52,774 nucleotides of DNA from NCBI GenBank assembly GCA_000182565.2, contig KQ257452.1, one strand, 5' to 3'. Of the stretch, positions 11,580-22,951 are shown piece by piece. Position 1 is the first letter of the stretch. Every line of letters starts with the position of its first letter. The stretch is from Spizellomyces punctatus DAOM BR117 (Eukaryota). Under the pieces are notes generated by a model. That model saw only the letters and a list, made by a program, of their open reading frames with translations, did no database searches and had not been told where the DNA came from. The position numbers were made by a program, and so were the translations under genes.

Positions 11580-13476
11580 ATGCCGCCAAAAAAGAAGCAA
11601 AAACTCGAAAAACTCGACAAACCCACCTTACATACCTGCAACAAGACTTCCTTTGCAAAAGCCCTGCCAAACGAGATCTATCGCCAACGGCTTCTAGATT
11701 ACATCGCCATCATCCATCAACTTGCCGACCATGCTTCCCACGCGCTGAAATTCTATCTCCTTTCATCATCAGCGCCAGTTTTTCCCACGGTAAATGAAGA
11801 TACAATCGAAGCCATCCTGTATCTTCTCAACAAGGGGGAGGCTTGGCATCCAAGAAAGGAAGCAAAGAAGGCATGGCGGGATTGTTTGCTGCCATATGTT
11901 CAACGGTACTGCCAAATCGTCGGCTTCATTCACCCAAATCTACGAGGCGAGCAGCAGTCAATCAATTACCTGACAGCGAGTATGATGATGAACCTGAAAG
12001 TCAACGTTCAAGAGCATTTCATGACGATGCTGCTCCGATATATCAATCTGCAGCTTGACGTGAAGGGACAGAAGCAGCAACTGCCACCGAAAAGTGATGC
12101 GTGGAAAAGTGATGCGTGGAAAGCTTTCTTTGCTCGTCTTCGTTACTTGAAGTCAATTTTCCTTTTTGATGTGGTGCCCGAGTTGCTGGATCTGAGCAGG
12201 ACAGAATCCGATATCATGGACGAAATTTGGTCGCTCGATCTGCCTTTTCTTGTCAACGATCCACTGGCATATGCTGTTGCCGTTGACCCGATGTCCTTTT
12301 TCCCTGCATACTGTCGGTTGTCAAGCCTATATGAAAAGCATGGATTTCGACGGTTCAGCGCCATCCCACTTCGCCACTCCCTCATCCAAACACATATTCA
12401 CATCGACACGGTCATTCTGTACCAGCATATCCTTTGCATCATGCGACGGGAAGCGGAAACTGTTGAAAAGTTCGATTTATGGTTGCGCGTGTGCAACCTG
12501 CGGAGCAAGGCTTTTCGGTCTCGCCGCGGTATGCAGTTTGAAGGCTCGATCAGTACGGATGGAACCTCGGTGTCGGTATACCTAAAGCACCCAGAAGCAG
12601 AGTATGGAAAGCGCGGAGCGAGAAAGTCAGCAAAGAGTTTAGAGGATGAAGTTAAAGCGCAATACATGGAGAAAAACTTACCTGCTTGTCGAGCAGCAGA
12701 GAATGTCGTTGTTATCGACCCAAACAAGCGTGATCTACTCTACTGCCAAGACAGCAATGGTGCGACAATGTTTCACTACACCGCCAACCAGCAAGCCATG
12801 GAGACTGGAAGCCGTCGACAGCAAAGTGCAACGGCAGCAGATGAAGAAAGAAGCTGGAGTTGACCTCATAGAATCACGTATCCCTAGCCACAAAACAATG
12901 AACCTCATGGACTTTACTCGCTACCTTCTTGTTCGCCGTGCTGATTGGGATCGTCACAAGGAGTTCTACTCACATCCTGCCCACACGCGGTGGAAGTGGC
13001 ATGCATTTATAAACCATCAGAAGAGCGAATCAGACCTCATAAGCGCCATGCACAACAAATACGGTGAAAACTTTACCGTTGTGATGGGTGATTGGAGCGA
13101 TGCCGGTCGAACTGCAAGATTTCAGACCTCATCAAAGACGAAAGGTTGGCGCACCCTCTTTAAGCACAACAGGATCACCTGCTTCCTTCTCGACGAGTAT
13201 AAAACCTCATCTGTCTGCCCTCACTGTTCCTCTGGCGTTGAAAAAGGCTTCAAAACACGACCTCATTCAAGACCTTGGTGCCGTCGCGAAGGCAAGATTG
13301 AAAAAGTCCACGGATTGCTGGGTTGTACCAACCCTAACTGTCAGCAAGCCTGGACGATGCGCTACTGGAATCGAGATACGCTGAGCACCTGCAATATGCT
13401 AATGATTGTGAGATCAATGTTGGATGGGCACTGTAGACCAGAGGTGTTCAGCAGAAGCGTTCCAGCTATAGCGTAG
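11580..13476 (+). pseudogene. Fanzor1 RNA-guided endonuclease (SpuFz1-like), split by one frameshift at ~12819
   Basis: N-terminal NLS MPPKKKQK, TDGTSVS, RuvC-I VVVIDPNKRD, GDWS, RuvC-II LLDEYKTS, Zn ribbon CPHC...CTNPNC and RuvC-III WNRD. ORFs 11580-12863 and 12646-13476 join at GSRR/SKVQRQQMK. No introns. Confidence 0.93.
12090..12119 (+). repeat. In-frame 15-bp tandem duplication in Fanzor (KSDAW x2)
   Basis: AAAAGTGATGCGTGG is repeated exactly twice. Confidence 0.95.
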
Positions 13477-13494
13477 CGTAGATTAGTTAGTTAG

Positions 13495-13585
13495 CTTTTC
13501 CGAACCGGTTGTCGCCGGTTCAATCCCTGGTGCGGGTGCTAGTGCCAATACCCATCGGCTCCGCACTATGAATGTCGCAAGCAAA
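13495..13585 (+). ncRNA. Putative Fanzor omegaRNA (scaffold ~13495-13568, guide from 13569)
   Basis: Structured GC-rich stretch between the Fanzor stop and the right end, overlapping the TIR. It matches the established TnpB/Fanzor right-end RNA arrangement and closely resembles the SpuFz1 scaffold as I recall it. Exact ends are uncertain. Confidence 0.82.
13539..13566 (-). repeat. Right terminal inverted repeat
   Basis: CTAGTGCCAATACCCATCGGCTCCGCAC followed by TA. Confidence 0.95.
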
Positions 13586-14038
13586 ACAAACCCAATGCGC
13601 AACGATTGGTAAGACGGGTATTTGCCATCTATGCCCTTGTTCACCATTTCTTGCAAACGTACGCTGGTGCACAGTTTATTATCATGGAGATCCCGGAGTT
13701 TGCTGTCCGAATGCAGGAAATCAGCAAACTCTTCGTGGTGAAATTCTACGCAATGGAGTAACAAAGTGCCAAGCGAAACTGCAAGCGGCTATCGCCCTCC
13801 CACGCCTTTGTGGTTGATTCCAAGCGTTACGATCAAAGAAAGCACGCGATGGAAAGCAAAGTAAAAAAATCTATTTGACAATTTCTGGTCGCCTACCTTT
13901 TAGCACGTTGAGGCGTTTTAAAGAAAAATGATTTTTTACTATTGGCCCCACGGGTGAACGAGCGATAGACGAGCAACAGTCCAATTGCTGAAAAACAAGT
14001 TGCTGCTCATGTTCGCTGCCCACTAGAGATCTCATGCC

Positions 14039-15306
14039 ATGAATACGACGATACCCCCTTCCACATCCGTTGTGCCAGAGCATCTTCAATATACGTTGGA
14101 ACTGGTCTTTGGAGGTCTAGGTACCGCCATTCAGCTCTTCAACTGTATATGGGCTGCATCGGTACTGTTCCGTCGTCCGAATCCCTACAATGGGACTCTG
14201 GTTATCTGTGGGGTCTTCTACCTGTTGGCCCAGGGTATTGTCGTGACGCAGACAATTATCTCCTTCTCGGGGGGCAAAAACCATGAGTACCTCACCATGC
14301 TGGAAGACTTGGGCCAAGGAGAGGAAGTGAAGCAACAGTACTCGGACTGGAAATTGGGAGTGATCATGCCCTGGCTGCAGCGAACATACAATTTCGTTTA
14401 TGGCGTAGCCACACTTGTTTATGTGTTGATTGTTCAAATTCGATTTCGTGTCGTTCGACGAATCGTCCCGTATTGGAAGGGTTGGGTACGTTGTAGATCG
14501 ATTCTTCTCAGACTGAGCAACTCGCATATTGAGACTTTGAACGACCTTAGGATCACATCTTTGTTGGCTTTACCGTCATTCTATGGGCTGCTACCTTCCT
14601 CACTTGGAATGTCATACATTATTCGCGCGATGGCCTTTCGAGTGGGATATCAGCGGCCGTATGGAATATTTATGTTTTGGTGGTTGATCAACTCTTGTGC
14701 GTCCTGTTCCTTATGCGTCTGAAGATGTTCCAAAGAAAGTTTGGCCAATCAATCCGACGCCAGACAGCCAGGCGAACGGTCTTTGTCGCTCTCATCTGCC
14801 TAGCGATAATGTCGTGGGTTGCTTTCGGCGTTTTCATGTACAGTAATATGGGATATCGGCACGACGAAGGGATGCGTAATGTTTTATTCAGAGTAGCAAG
14901 TGCCCTGTCTGGCTTTATGATGTCCGCCGCATTGGTGAGTACATAAGGCTGTAGATGCCTAAAGTCCACCATGAGGTGTCTGCTAAGGTGGAACAAAATG
15001 CTGACTTTAACTTGCCTGGAATAGCTTTTCATTTACACCGTGAAGACGATGATGACCGGCTCAACCACCAGCCAATTGAGCCGCTCCAAAGGGTCTGGCG
15101 GAACGGAGTTAGAACCAAGTTCAGCTTTGAGAATACCTAGGAAACCTGAAGCCGCTCTAACTGACGCGACAGAAAGATTGCATGCAGTCGAGGGCCAAGT
15201 TACGTATGGGTTCGCGAAGCAGCCCACGTTAAAATGGGCCAAATCCTATGAGACCATAACGACAGCGAGTGTGCAAAGCGACGCTGCATACGATGCGCGG
15301 CAATGA
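14039..15306 (+). CDS. Multi-pass (probably 7-TM, GPCR-like) membrane protein, 3 exons
   Basis: About seven hydrophobic segments across ORFs 14039, 14677 and 15040, joined by GT-AG introns at about 14486-14550 and 14935-15024. N-terminal NTT sequon and S/T-rich tail. Confidence 0.65.
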
Positions 15307-15640
15307 CGTACACCGATAACTTTCGGACGATACTGCTTAGATTTTGTAGATAATTTAAATACTATGATATATAGAAATTCATATAGTAATAATTTACTCC
15401 CTAGGGCTAGCGTAAATCCAGTGCTGGGTGAGCTGTTTATTTCAATAATCGAACGAGCTTCCAGTCCCCAAGCCATCAACCAATCAGAGAACGGTGGCAC
15501 AGCAGATTTAGCAAAGCGCCTGCAAACTACAGCGCAGTCAGCGAACAACAATCCTTTAAACAAGGATTTCACACACGGCTCCGTTTTCACAAATTTCATA
15601 CCCTCTGCGAGAAGCACATAGCCAAATAACGGCTTGAAAC

Positions 15641-18600
15641 ATGGCGGACGACCTGGACGCCCAAATCAGGGCCGCTCAGGCAGCTCGCAAAAAGGAGAAG
15701 ACGGCAGACAAGGCATCATTGGTTGGAGATGTTAGTTACGATCAGGATTTGTACGGCGGCCGAGGGGTGGAAAGGTTTGAAGGTTACACCACATCCATTC
15801 CAGTGAACGACGAAGACGAGGAAGACGATATGTTTGCAAAGAAAGCCAAAAAGTTGTCCTCTTACACTGCACCAAAACAAGTTTTCGAGGAGATGGCCAG
15901 TATGGAAGATGATGTGGACCCTATGGAGAATTTTCGACCTTCCCGCCGCATTGCGGACAGAGAGTCAGAGTATCACGCTCGTCGGTTGAATCGTCAGCTA
16001 TCTCCGGAGCGAATTGATGCATTTTCCGGACAGCCAGCCAATTCAGAAGCTAGGTCTTACGCTGAGGTCATGAGAGAGGCAGAATTGGACCGCGAGCAAG
16101 CTCAGTTGCAACGGAAGATACAGGAGAAGAAAAAGGAAGAAGAAGAAAATATGAAAGAGTTGGCGTCGTCCGGGGAACTTCAAATTCGGGCACAAGCTCA
16201 AGCTGCTGCCATGGTGGAGAAAGCAAAGGCTGCAGCCGCGGCGGCCGCAGCCAGCGCGGATGGTCCAAAAAAACGGAGATGGGATCAGAATGGAGAGGGG
16301 AAGACGTCGGAATGGGAAGAAGATGAAAAAAGTACAGGCGGGAAGAGCCGATGGGATGAAACTCCAAAAGAAGAAGTACCCGCCCGAAAGCGGAATAGAT
16401 GGGATGAAACACCGGTCGACGCATCCGCATCTGCCTGGGACGCTACGCCTAAAAAGCAAAGTGGAGCCGCAACACCCGGTGGGAAACGTTCACGTTGGGA
16501 CGAAACGCCTGTCGGCATTACCAATCAGTTCGCCGCAACTCCAGTCGGAAACATGGGTCTTATGACTCCCACACCGGGACAGATCCCTGTTCCTATGACA
16601 CCAGAAGCTGTTAACGCCATGCGATGGGAGAAGGAAATCGACTACCGGAATCGATATCTTACTGATGAAGAACTGGATGCAATGTTTCCCACTGAAGGTT
16701 ATAAAATTCTCGAACCTCCGGCTACGTATGTTCCTATACGCACTCCAGCACGAAAGCTCATGGCCACTCCCACTCCTATGGCGGGGCAAGCCGGGGGATT
16801 CATGATGCAGGAGGAGGATAGAAATCAAATGTACGATGTACCACCGGAAATTCCAGGTGTCGGCGGTTTGCAGTTCTTCAAGCCGGAGGATATGCAGCAC
16901 TTTGGCAAGCTTCTGGATCAGAAGGACGAAGCCGAGTTGAGCGTGGATGAGCTTAAGGAGCGTAAAATTATGAGACTGCTTCTAAAAATCAAAAACGGGA
17001 CTCCGCCTATGCGTAAAACCGCTCTCCGTCAGATCACCGATAAAGCCAGAGAATTCGGCGCCGGCCCACTCTTCAACCAGATTTTACCCTTGCTCATGTC
17101 TCCCACTCTAGAAGATCAGGAACGTCACCTGTTGGTTAAAGTCATCGACCGTGTCTTGTACAAGCTGGACGATCTTGTTCGTCCGTATGTACACAAAATT
17201 CTAGTCGTCATTGAACCACTCTTGATTGATGAAGATTACTATGCCCGAGTTGAAGGTCGTGAAATCATCAGCAATCTCAGTAAAGCCGCGGGATTGGCGA
17301 CGATGATTGCCACCATGCGTCCTGATATTGACCATGTCGATGAATATGTACGTAATACCACTGCTCGTGCCTTCTCGGTGGTTGCATCAGCGCTCGGCAT
17401 CCCCTCCCTCCTGCCATTCCTAAAGGCTGTGTGCCGATCAAAGAAGTCTTGGCAGGCCAGACACACTGGTATTAAGATTGTGCAGCAGATTGCCATCCTT
17501 CTGGGTTGCGCAGTTTTACCTCATCTGAAGAGTTTGGTTGAAGCGATTGCCCATGGGTTAGAGGATGAACAGCAGAAAGTGCGGACAATCACGGCATTGG
17601 CCATTGCTGCTCTTGCGGAAGCGGCTGCACCTTACGGTATTGAATCTTTCGATATTGTGCTGCGTCCTTTGTGGGCGGGTATCAAGAAGCATCGAGGAAA
17701 GGGTCTAGCAGCCTTCCTGAAAGCGATCGGCTATATTATTCCGCTTATGGACGCCGAATACGCCAACTACTACACTAAGGAGGTCATGATCATCTTGATT
17801 CGTGAGTTCCAGTCACCGGACGAAGAAATGAAGAAGATTGTGCTCAAGGTGGTGAAGCAATGTTCTGCGACCGACGGTGTCGAACCCCAGTATATCAAGA
17901 CGGAAATTCTTCCCGAGTTCTTCAAGCACTTTTGGGTACGACGAATGGCTCTTGATCGCCGTAACTATAAGCAATTGGTGGAGACGACAGTCGAACTTGC
18001 CCAGAAGGTCGGCGTAGCTGAAATAGCAAGCAAGATCGTTGAAGATCTGAAGGACGAATCAGAACCCTACCGGAAGATGGTTATGGAGACCATTGACAAA
18101 GTAGTTAGCCAGCTGGGCACTGCCGACATTGATCACAGGCTCGAGGTGACCTTGATTGACGGTGTTCTATATGCATTCCAAGAGCAGACTGTGGAGGACG
18201 TAGTCATGCTTAACGGCTTCGGTACAGTTGTCAACTCGCTAGGTCTTCGTGTCAAGCCGTACTTGCAGCAGATCTGTTCTACTATCCTTTGGCGCTTGAA
18301 TAACAAGAGCGCAAAAGTTCGTCAGCAAGCAGCGGACCTAATCTCACGAATCGCTGTGGTGATGAAGACTTGCGGTGAGGAGAAACTCATGGGTCAATTA
18401 GGTGTTGTGCTGTACGAATACCTTGGCGAGGAATATCCCGAAGTGCTCGGGTCCATCTTACGCGCGCTAAAATCGATCGTAAACGTCATTGGTATGAGCA
18501 ACATGACTCCCCCGATCAAGGACTTGCTACCAAGGTTGACACCAATCTTGAAGAATCGACACGAAAAAGTCCAGGAAAACTGTATCGATCTTGTGGGACG

Positions 18601-19393
18601 TATCGCCGACCGTGGTGCAGAGTTTGTTTCTGCTCGAGAATGGATGCGTATCTGTTTTGAGTTGCTCGACATGCTCAAGGCCCACAAGAAGGGTATACGC
18701 CGTGCCACTGTGAATACTTTTGGGTACATTGCGAAAGCTATTGGTCCACAGGATGTACTAGCGACACTCCTCAACAACTTGAAGGTGCAAGAGCGTCAGA
18801 ATCGTGTCTGTACGACTGTTGCCATTGCGATTGTCGCCGAGACTTGCTCTCCCTTTACTGTGCTACCCGCACTTATGAACGAGTACCGTGTACCCGAACT
18901 CAACGTGCAAAATGGTGTGCTCAAATCACTTTCCTTCTTGTTTGAATACATTGGGGAGATGGGCAAAGACTACATCTACGCCGTCACACCTCTCCTCGAA
19001 GACGCTCTCATGGATCGTGACTTGGTTCACCGTCAAACTGCTTGCACTACGGTCAAGCATATGTCGCTCGGAGTCTTCGGCCTTGGCTGTGAAGACGCTC
19101 TTTTACATCTTCTAAACCATGTCTGGCCCAATATCTTCGAAACGTCCCCTCACGTCATCAATGCAGTTATGGAAGCTATTGACGGACTACGAGTTGCATT
19201 GGGACCAAGTGTTATTATGCAATACGTATTACAAGGATTATTCCACCCTGCAAGACGAGTACGGGAGATCTACTGGAAGATTTACAACAATCTTTATATT
19301 GGCAGTCAGGATGGGCTGGTGGCATTTTATCCGCGAATCGAAAATGATCAGAGGAATATTTACGAACGATATGAGCTGGACCTGGTGATCTGA
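15641..19393 (+). CDS. SF3B1: Splicing factor 3B subunit 1 (intronless)
   Basis: 1250-aa ORF with RWDETP/ULM repeats and HEAT repeats ([33 protein letters not shown]). Confidence 0.99.
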   Translation: MADDLDAQIRAAQAARKKEKTADKASLVGDVSYDQDLYGGRGVERFEGYTTSIPVNDEDEEDDMFAKKAKKLSSYTAPKQVFEEMASMEDDVDPMENFRPSRRIADRESEYHARRLNRQLSPERIDAFSGQPANSEARSYAEVMREAELDREQAQLQRKIQEKKKEEEENMKELASSGELQIRAQAQAAAMVEKAKAAAAAAAASADGPKKRRWDQNGEGKTSEWEEDEKSTGGKSRWDETPKEEVPARKRNRWDETPVDASASAWDATPKKQSGAATPGGKRSRWDETPVGITNQFAATPVGNMGLMTPTPGQIPVPMTPEAVNAMRWEKEIDYRNRYLTDEELDAMFPTEGYKILEPPATYVPIRTPARKLMATPTPMAGQAGGFMMQEEDRNQMYDVPPEIPGVGGLQFFKPEDMQHFGKLLDQKDEAELSVDELKERKIMRLLLKIKNGTPPMRKTALRQITDKAREFGAGPLFNQILPLLMSPTLEDQERHLLVKVIDRVLYKLDDLVRPYVHKILVVIEPLLIDEDYYARVEGREIISNLSKAAGLATMIATMRPDIDHVDEYVRNTTARAFSVVASALGIPSLLPFLKAVCRSKKSWQARHTGIKIVQQIAILLGCAVLPHLKSLVEAIAHGLEDEQQKVRTITALAIAALAEAAAPYGIESFDIVLRPLWAGIKKHRGKGLAAFLKAIGYIIPLMDAEYANYYTKEVMIILIREFQSPDEEMKKIVLKVVKQCSATDGVEPQYIKTEILPEFFKHFWVRRMALDRRNYKQLVETTVELAQKVGVAEIASKIVEDLKDESEPYRKMVMETIDKVVSQLGTADIDHRLEVTLIDGVLYAFQEQTVEDVVMLNGFGTVVNSLGLRVKPYLQQICSTILWRLNNKSAKVRQQAADLISRIAVVMKTCGEEKLMGQLGVVLYEYLGEEYPEVLGSILRALKSIVNVIGMSNMTPPIKDLLPRLTPILKNRHEKVQENCIDLVGRIADRGAEFVSAREWMRICFELLDMLKAHKKGIRRATVNTFGYIAKAIGPQDVLATLLNNLKVQERQNRVCTTVAIAIVAETCSPFTVLPALMNEYRVPELNVQNGVLKSLSFLFEYIGEMGKDYIYAVTPLLEDALMDRDLVHRQTACTTVKHMSLGVFGLGCEDALLHLLNHVWPNIFETSPHVINAVMEAIDGLRVALGPSVIMQYVLQGLFHPARRVREIYWKIYNNLYIGSQDGLVAFYPRIENDQRNIYERYELDLVI

Positions 19394-19906
19394 TTTTGGC
19401 ATCAAGGCGAGATGATGCTTTTGTATATAGATATGAATGGTGGCAACTTGTGTAAGGTGTTTTGGATGGGAAAATTGGGTTATGTTAATGCACTAAAATG
19501 AAATTCATCGTGATATACGATCCGTTCAGTACCAATCACTCTTGAACCACCTGTCACGATGCCTTGTCCTGTGAACGGTTGAAGAGATGCTTACATAGAA
19601 GGTACTAGCTGCACCGTGTTCCCTGACATACGGACGAGGATGGCTTTTACTAGCAATATATCATGGAAAAGTTCAGTTCAACGTACATAGTCTGACGGCC
19701 AGTTTTACTGATCCGCTTTGTACAGAGTTCCAAAATTTCGCCAAACTCTTCATTATCTGACGGATTTCATGCCCAGGTCAACATGCCCACAGAATTCACC
19801 TGTTACAGCTGAATTCAATATAGCATCACGCAATTACATATCAATTTTAGAGATTTTCACATATAAACAATCGTCTCTTGGTCTGGAGAACTAGCGATGT
19901 TTATTA

Positions 19907-21204
19907 TCATAGCTGTTTCTTCCATCCAACTTTAGCTCTGATCCAATTGGCAATGAAGTGCATGGCTTGCTCACTCTCGTCAAGCCAAGCAAAGAAAACC
20001 GGATAGACGTGGCACATCCCTTTTTGAATAATCAATTCTACATCGCCGCCATCCTTCGCAATGTTCTCCGCAATTTCCTTGGAGTCATCCAACAACAATT
20101 CATGGCTCCCAACAAGGACAAGGGCGGGCGGAAATTCCTCATACGTGGGTGGCGGGATGGGGGTGGGTGACTTTAGGACTAGAGAACAGACGAACGAGAT
20201 TGACGGCGCATCCAACATGACGTCCAAAGATTTGTTGGTTTCCATTGAAGGATAATTTGGGTGGAGATTCAAATAGGGCGATAACATAACCACGCCAGCT
20301 GGGAAATACTGTGGAGTGCGGCGAAGAGCGTTGATGACATGGACCGTCATACCACCTCCTGCACTGTCACCTATAAGAGCAAGGTTCGATGCACCGTACC
20401 TATGATCAGAAAAATAGCATATTAGCATTAGGGACGGACAAAAGTAGAAGCAATCGGAGGCAATTTCTACCTTGCAGTAGCCCATTCGAAAACCTTGATA
20501 CAGTCACCCACAGATTCGGGCAGAAAATCAGCTTCTGGTACGAGGCGATAATCCGGGATAACAATCGGTACACCGCCCAGTCGCGCAGATAAATCGGCAC
20601 CGATTCCCCGATAATGATGAGCACGACCAGCCATGTAACCACCTCCATGCAGCCATCTGAAATAGTATTAGCAATATCATGTAAGTATCCATCATACATT
20701 ACAGTAAGAATAATTATTGCATTCATACGCACACAACAGCACCAGGAGGTGTTGGCCCTGTGACGACGGCCGTGATGATTTCAGTAGGAACGCCGTTAAC
20801 TTCCAGCTGAGAAACGCTGTAGGCATTCTTGCTAACAACTAGGTTTACGATTGCTTCGGTACGTTCTCGGACGTGTTCGACATCGGTGGAGTGGGGCTGC
20901 CTGAAGTAGTAAGGAACACGGCACTTGCTCGTCAAGTTGACATACACCTAAAGTGCAGAGAGCGTTACCTATTACAAGATACTTACTTGGACAATTTGAC
21001 GAGTAGCAAGAATGCTCTTGTCCTGGAACTCAAGCCTTCCCACTCTGCACGAAGAGAAGCTGGGGTGACAAGGGACGGGACATGATTAAAGAGGAAACGG
21101 AGGCCGCCGATTAGGCCCGAGAGAACAGTCCTCGTAAAGCTTCCCTTCAAGGAGTCACCGAATGATCCTGTTATTGGACGGAGAAGGAGGGTTGGCGAAG
21201 TCAT
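19907..21204 (-). CDS. HSL-family alpha/beta hydrolase (Abhydrolase_3)
   Basis: HGGGY oxyanion motif, YRLAPE-like segment, nucleophile GDSAGG, ELLLDDS and GMCHVY. Confidence 0.9.
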
Positions 21205-22381
21205 GGCATTTGGGAAGGTGAAAGTGCAAAAAGAACCATCAGGTAGGATAATCTAGCTGAGTAGAAAGTTATCGCTCCAATTTGATTTCCAAGGTCCCAT
21301 TCGGGAAATAATCGCGAATGACCCCTCTTTCTGACTCGGAAGGATTGCATCGGCGTCGTTACAGTACAAGGTGCATGAATGATGGATGAATGAACCGGCT
21401 TTGCATATCTACATTTTACGCCCGTATTTCGCGTTTCCTGCACCAGAGCCTTCATTAATTTCGTACATCTGAAATGACCCAGTGGAAGAAGAATGTGTGT
21501 TATCGAATTCATAGATGTGTTTGAATTTGTCTATAGCTCCAAGCGGTAGGACGGAGGATTGTATAAAGCATTCATGACAGCTTCCAATATGTAATAGAAA
21601 TAATACAATGTCGACAAGCTTGTGAATTTAAGCGCGTCTCCGCATTTTCTGAAAAGACTTCAAGATCTTATGTGTTGGCAGGAACCGAGGGACGGTATAG
21701 GCAGAATGTCTATTATATTGTAACTCGCCTGTTTCCCCACAGCCAACGGGACGTTACCCTCCGACAGGTTGTTGCCGGATCCGTTCACCATCGCTGTGTA
21801 CTTTACTGCCGAGCTAGAAGTGGGACGCAGACGGTTTGCACAGCAGCTGTAGAGGCCCCTCTAATTAACAATGTAGATCCCGAAGACCTATAATTCAGCC
21901 AGCATCTAAACACATTATTAGCAAAATTTAGCTCGATGCTGGAACATTATCACTGCTCAAATGCCGATGATGGTAATCTCGTCCCGTGCATTATCAAGAT
22001 TGTTTCTTCCTTGTAAGTATACATTTCCAACAATACTTTGCATGCAAAGCGATTGGAACAGTTCCAAAAATTGGGCCGACCAAAGTAGGGCCGACCACAT
22101 AGATAATTTATGAACTGAGTGTCGGCTCACTTCATCTCAGCTGGAACGTCACTGATGGAGCGCTTCCACCACGGAGAGAGACGGACGGGGATAATCGCCG
22201 TGCGCAGCAGCAGGCTTTTATCCCCAATACCACTATCACGGGCTATGGCGCAGGCGATGATTACGTACAGTAGGGCTTGCTCAGTCCTGGCGCGGTTCTT
22301 GAGAAAGTTCGACTTGGATTGCCATGAATATTCGCTCAGACAGCTACATTGATACACATTCAAGCGCAAGTTAAACTTGAA

Positions 22382-22951
22382 ATGCCAACTGCAACTCTGT
22401 CTGCACTGGACCATGGTATGCCGTCGACGGCAAACTTATCGCCAACGCTCCTGCCCCGCTGGATTTCTGCTAAAGCCAACGCCATACCTGCGACACTCGC
22501 TTTTCCTGCGGGCCAGGAGGCTACAGGGGAAACGCTCTATATCTCCCGTGGCATACCTCAAAATGGTTCTTACGCAATAGTGCCAGGAAAGGCGGGGCTT
22601 CACCTGCAACCCCGCGGTCTGCACATTGGCTATCTCGGTCAAGAAAGCGTCATTACGGATCACCAGATCTTGCATATACCTGATCCAAGTTTATTCGAGT
22701 GGGTACCATGGGAAGGTTGCTGTGATATTGAGTCTTTGAAGGCCCAAGGCAGGATCCCGTTAGTTGGTGGGCGGAATAAAGACGGGGAGTGGATGTTTAT
22801 TGCTGTGGCATATCCGTTGACCGGTGATGAAGGGGGCCTGCATCCTGGAAGGTGTGGTCCTGGGCTCAAAGGGGCTGCGATTGGGTATCCAGGGAAGGAG
22901 AAGATTGTTGATAAGTCCAGGGTTTTTTGCTTGAGAAAACCTGACAAATGA
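22382..22951 (+). CDS. DM9 (DUF3421) repeat protein
   Basis: Two repeats of the W..G..P...GG....GE.LY/FI...PGK/R...IGY.G.E pattern. Confidence 0.8.
   Translation: MPTATLSALDHGMPSTANLSPTLLPRWISAKANAIPATLAFPAGQEATGETLYISRGIPQNGSYAIVPGKAGLHLQPRGLHIGYLGQESVITDHQILHIPDPSLFEWVPWEGCCDIESLKAQGRIPLVGGRNKDGEWMFIAVAYPLTGDEGGLHPGRCGPGLKGAAIGYPGKEKIVDKSRVFCLRKPDK

Larger units (their letters stand above)
11419..13566 (+). mobile_element. Non-autonomous TIR DNA transposon carrying Fanzor1 (Spu-1-like)
   Basis: 28-bp TIRs at 11419-11446 and 13539-13566 (26/28 identical), flanked by TA on both sides (11417-18, 13567-68). Only the Fanzor ORF lies inside; no transposase. Confidence 0.93.

Noticed and set aside
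13460-13545. A functional tRNA gene at the Fanzor 3' end
   Set aside because: The T-arm and boxes are tRNA-like, but acceptor and anticodon stems do not pair. Kept only as a Pol III promoter hypothesis.
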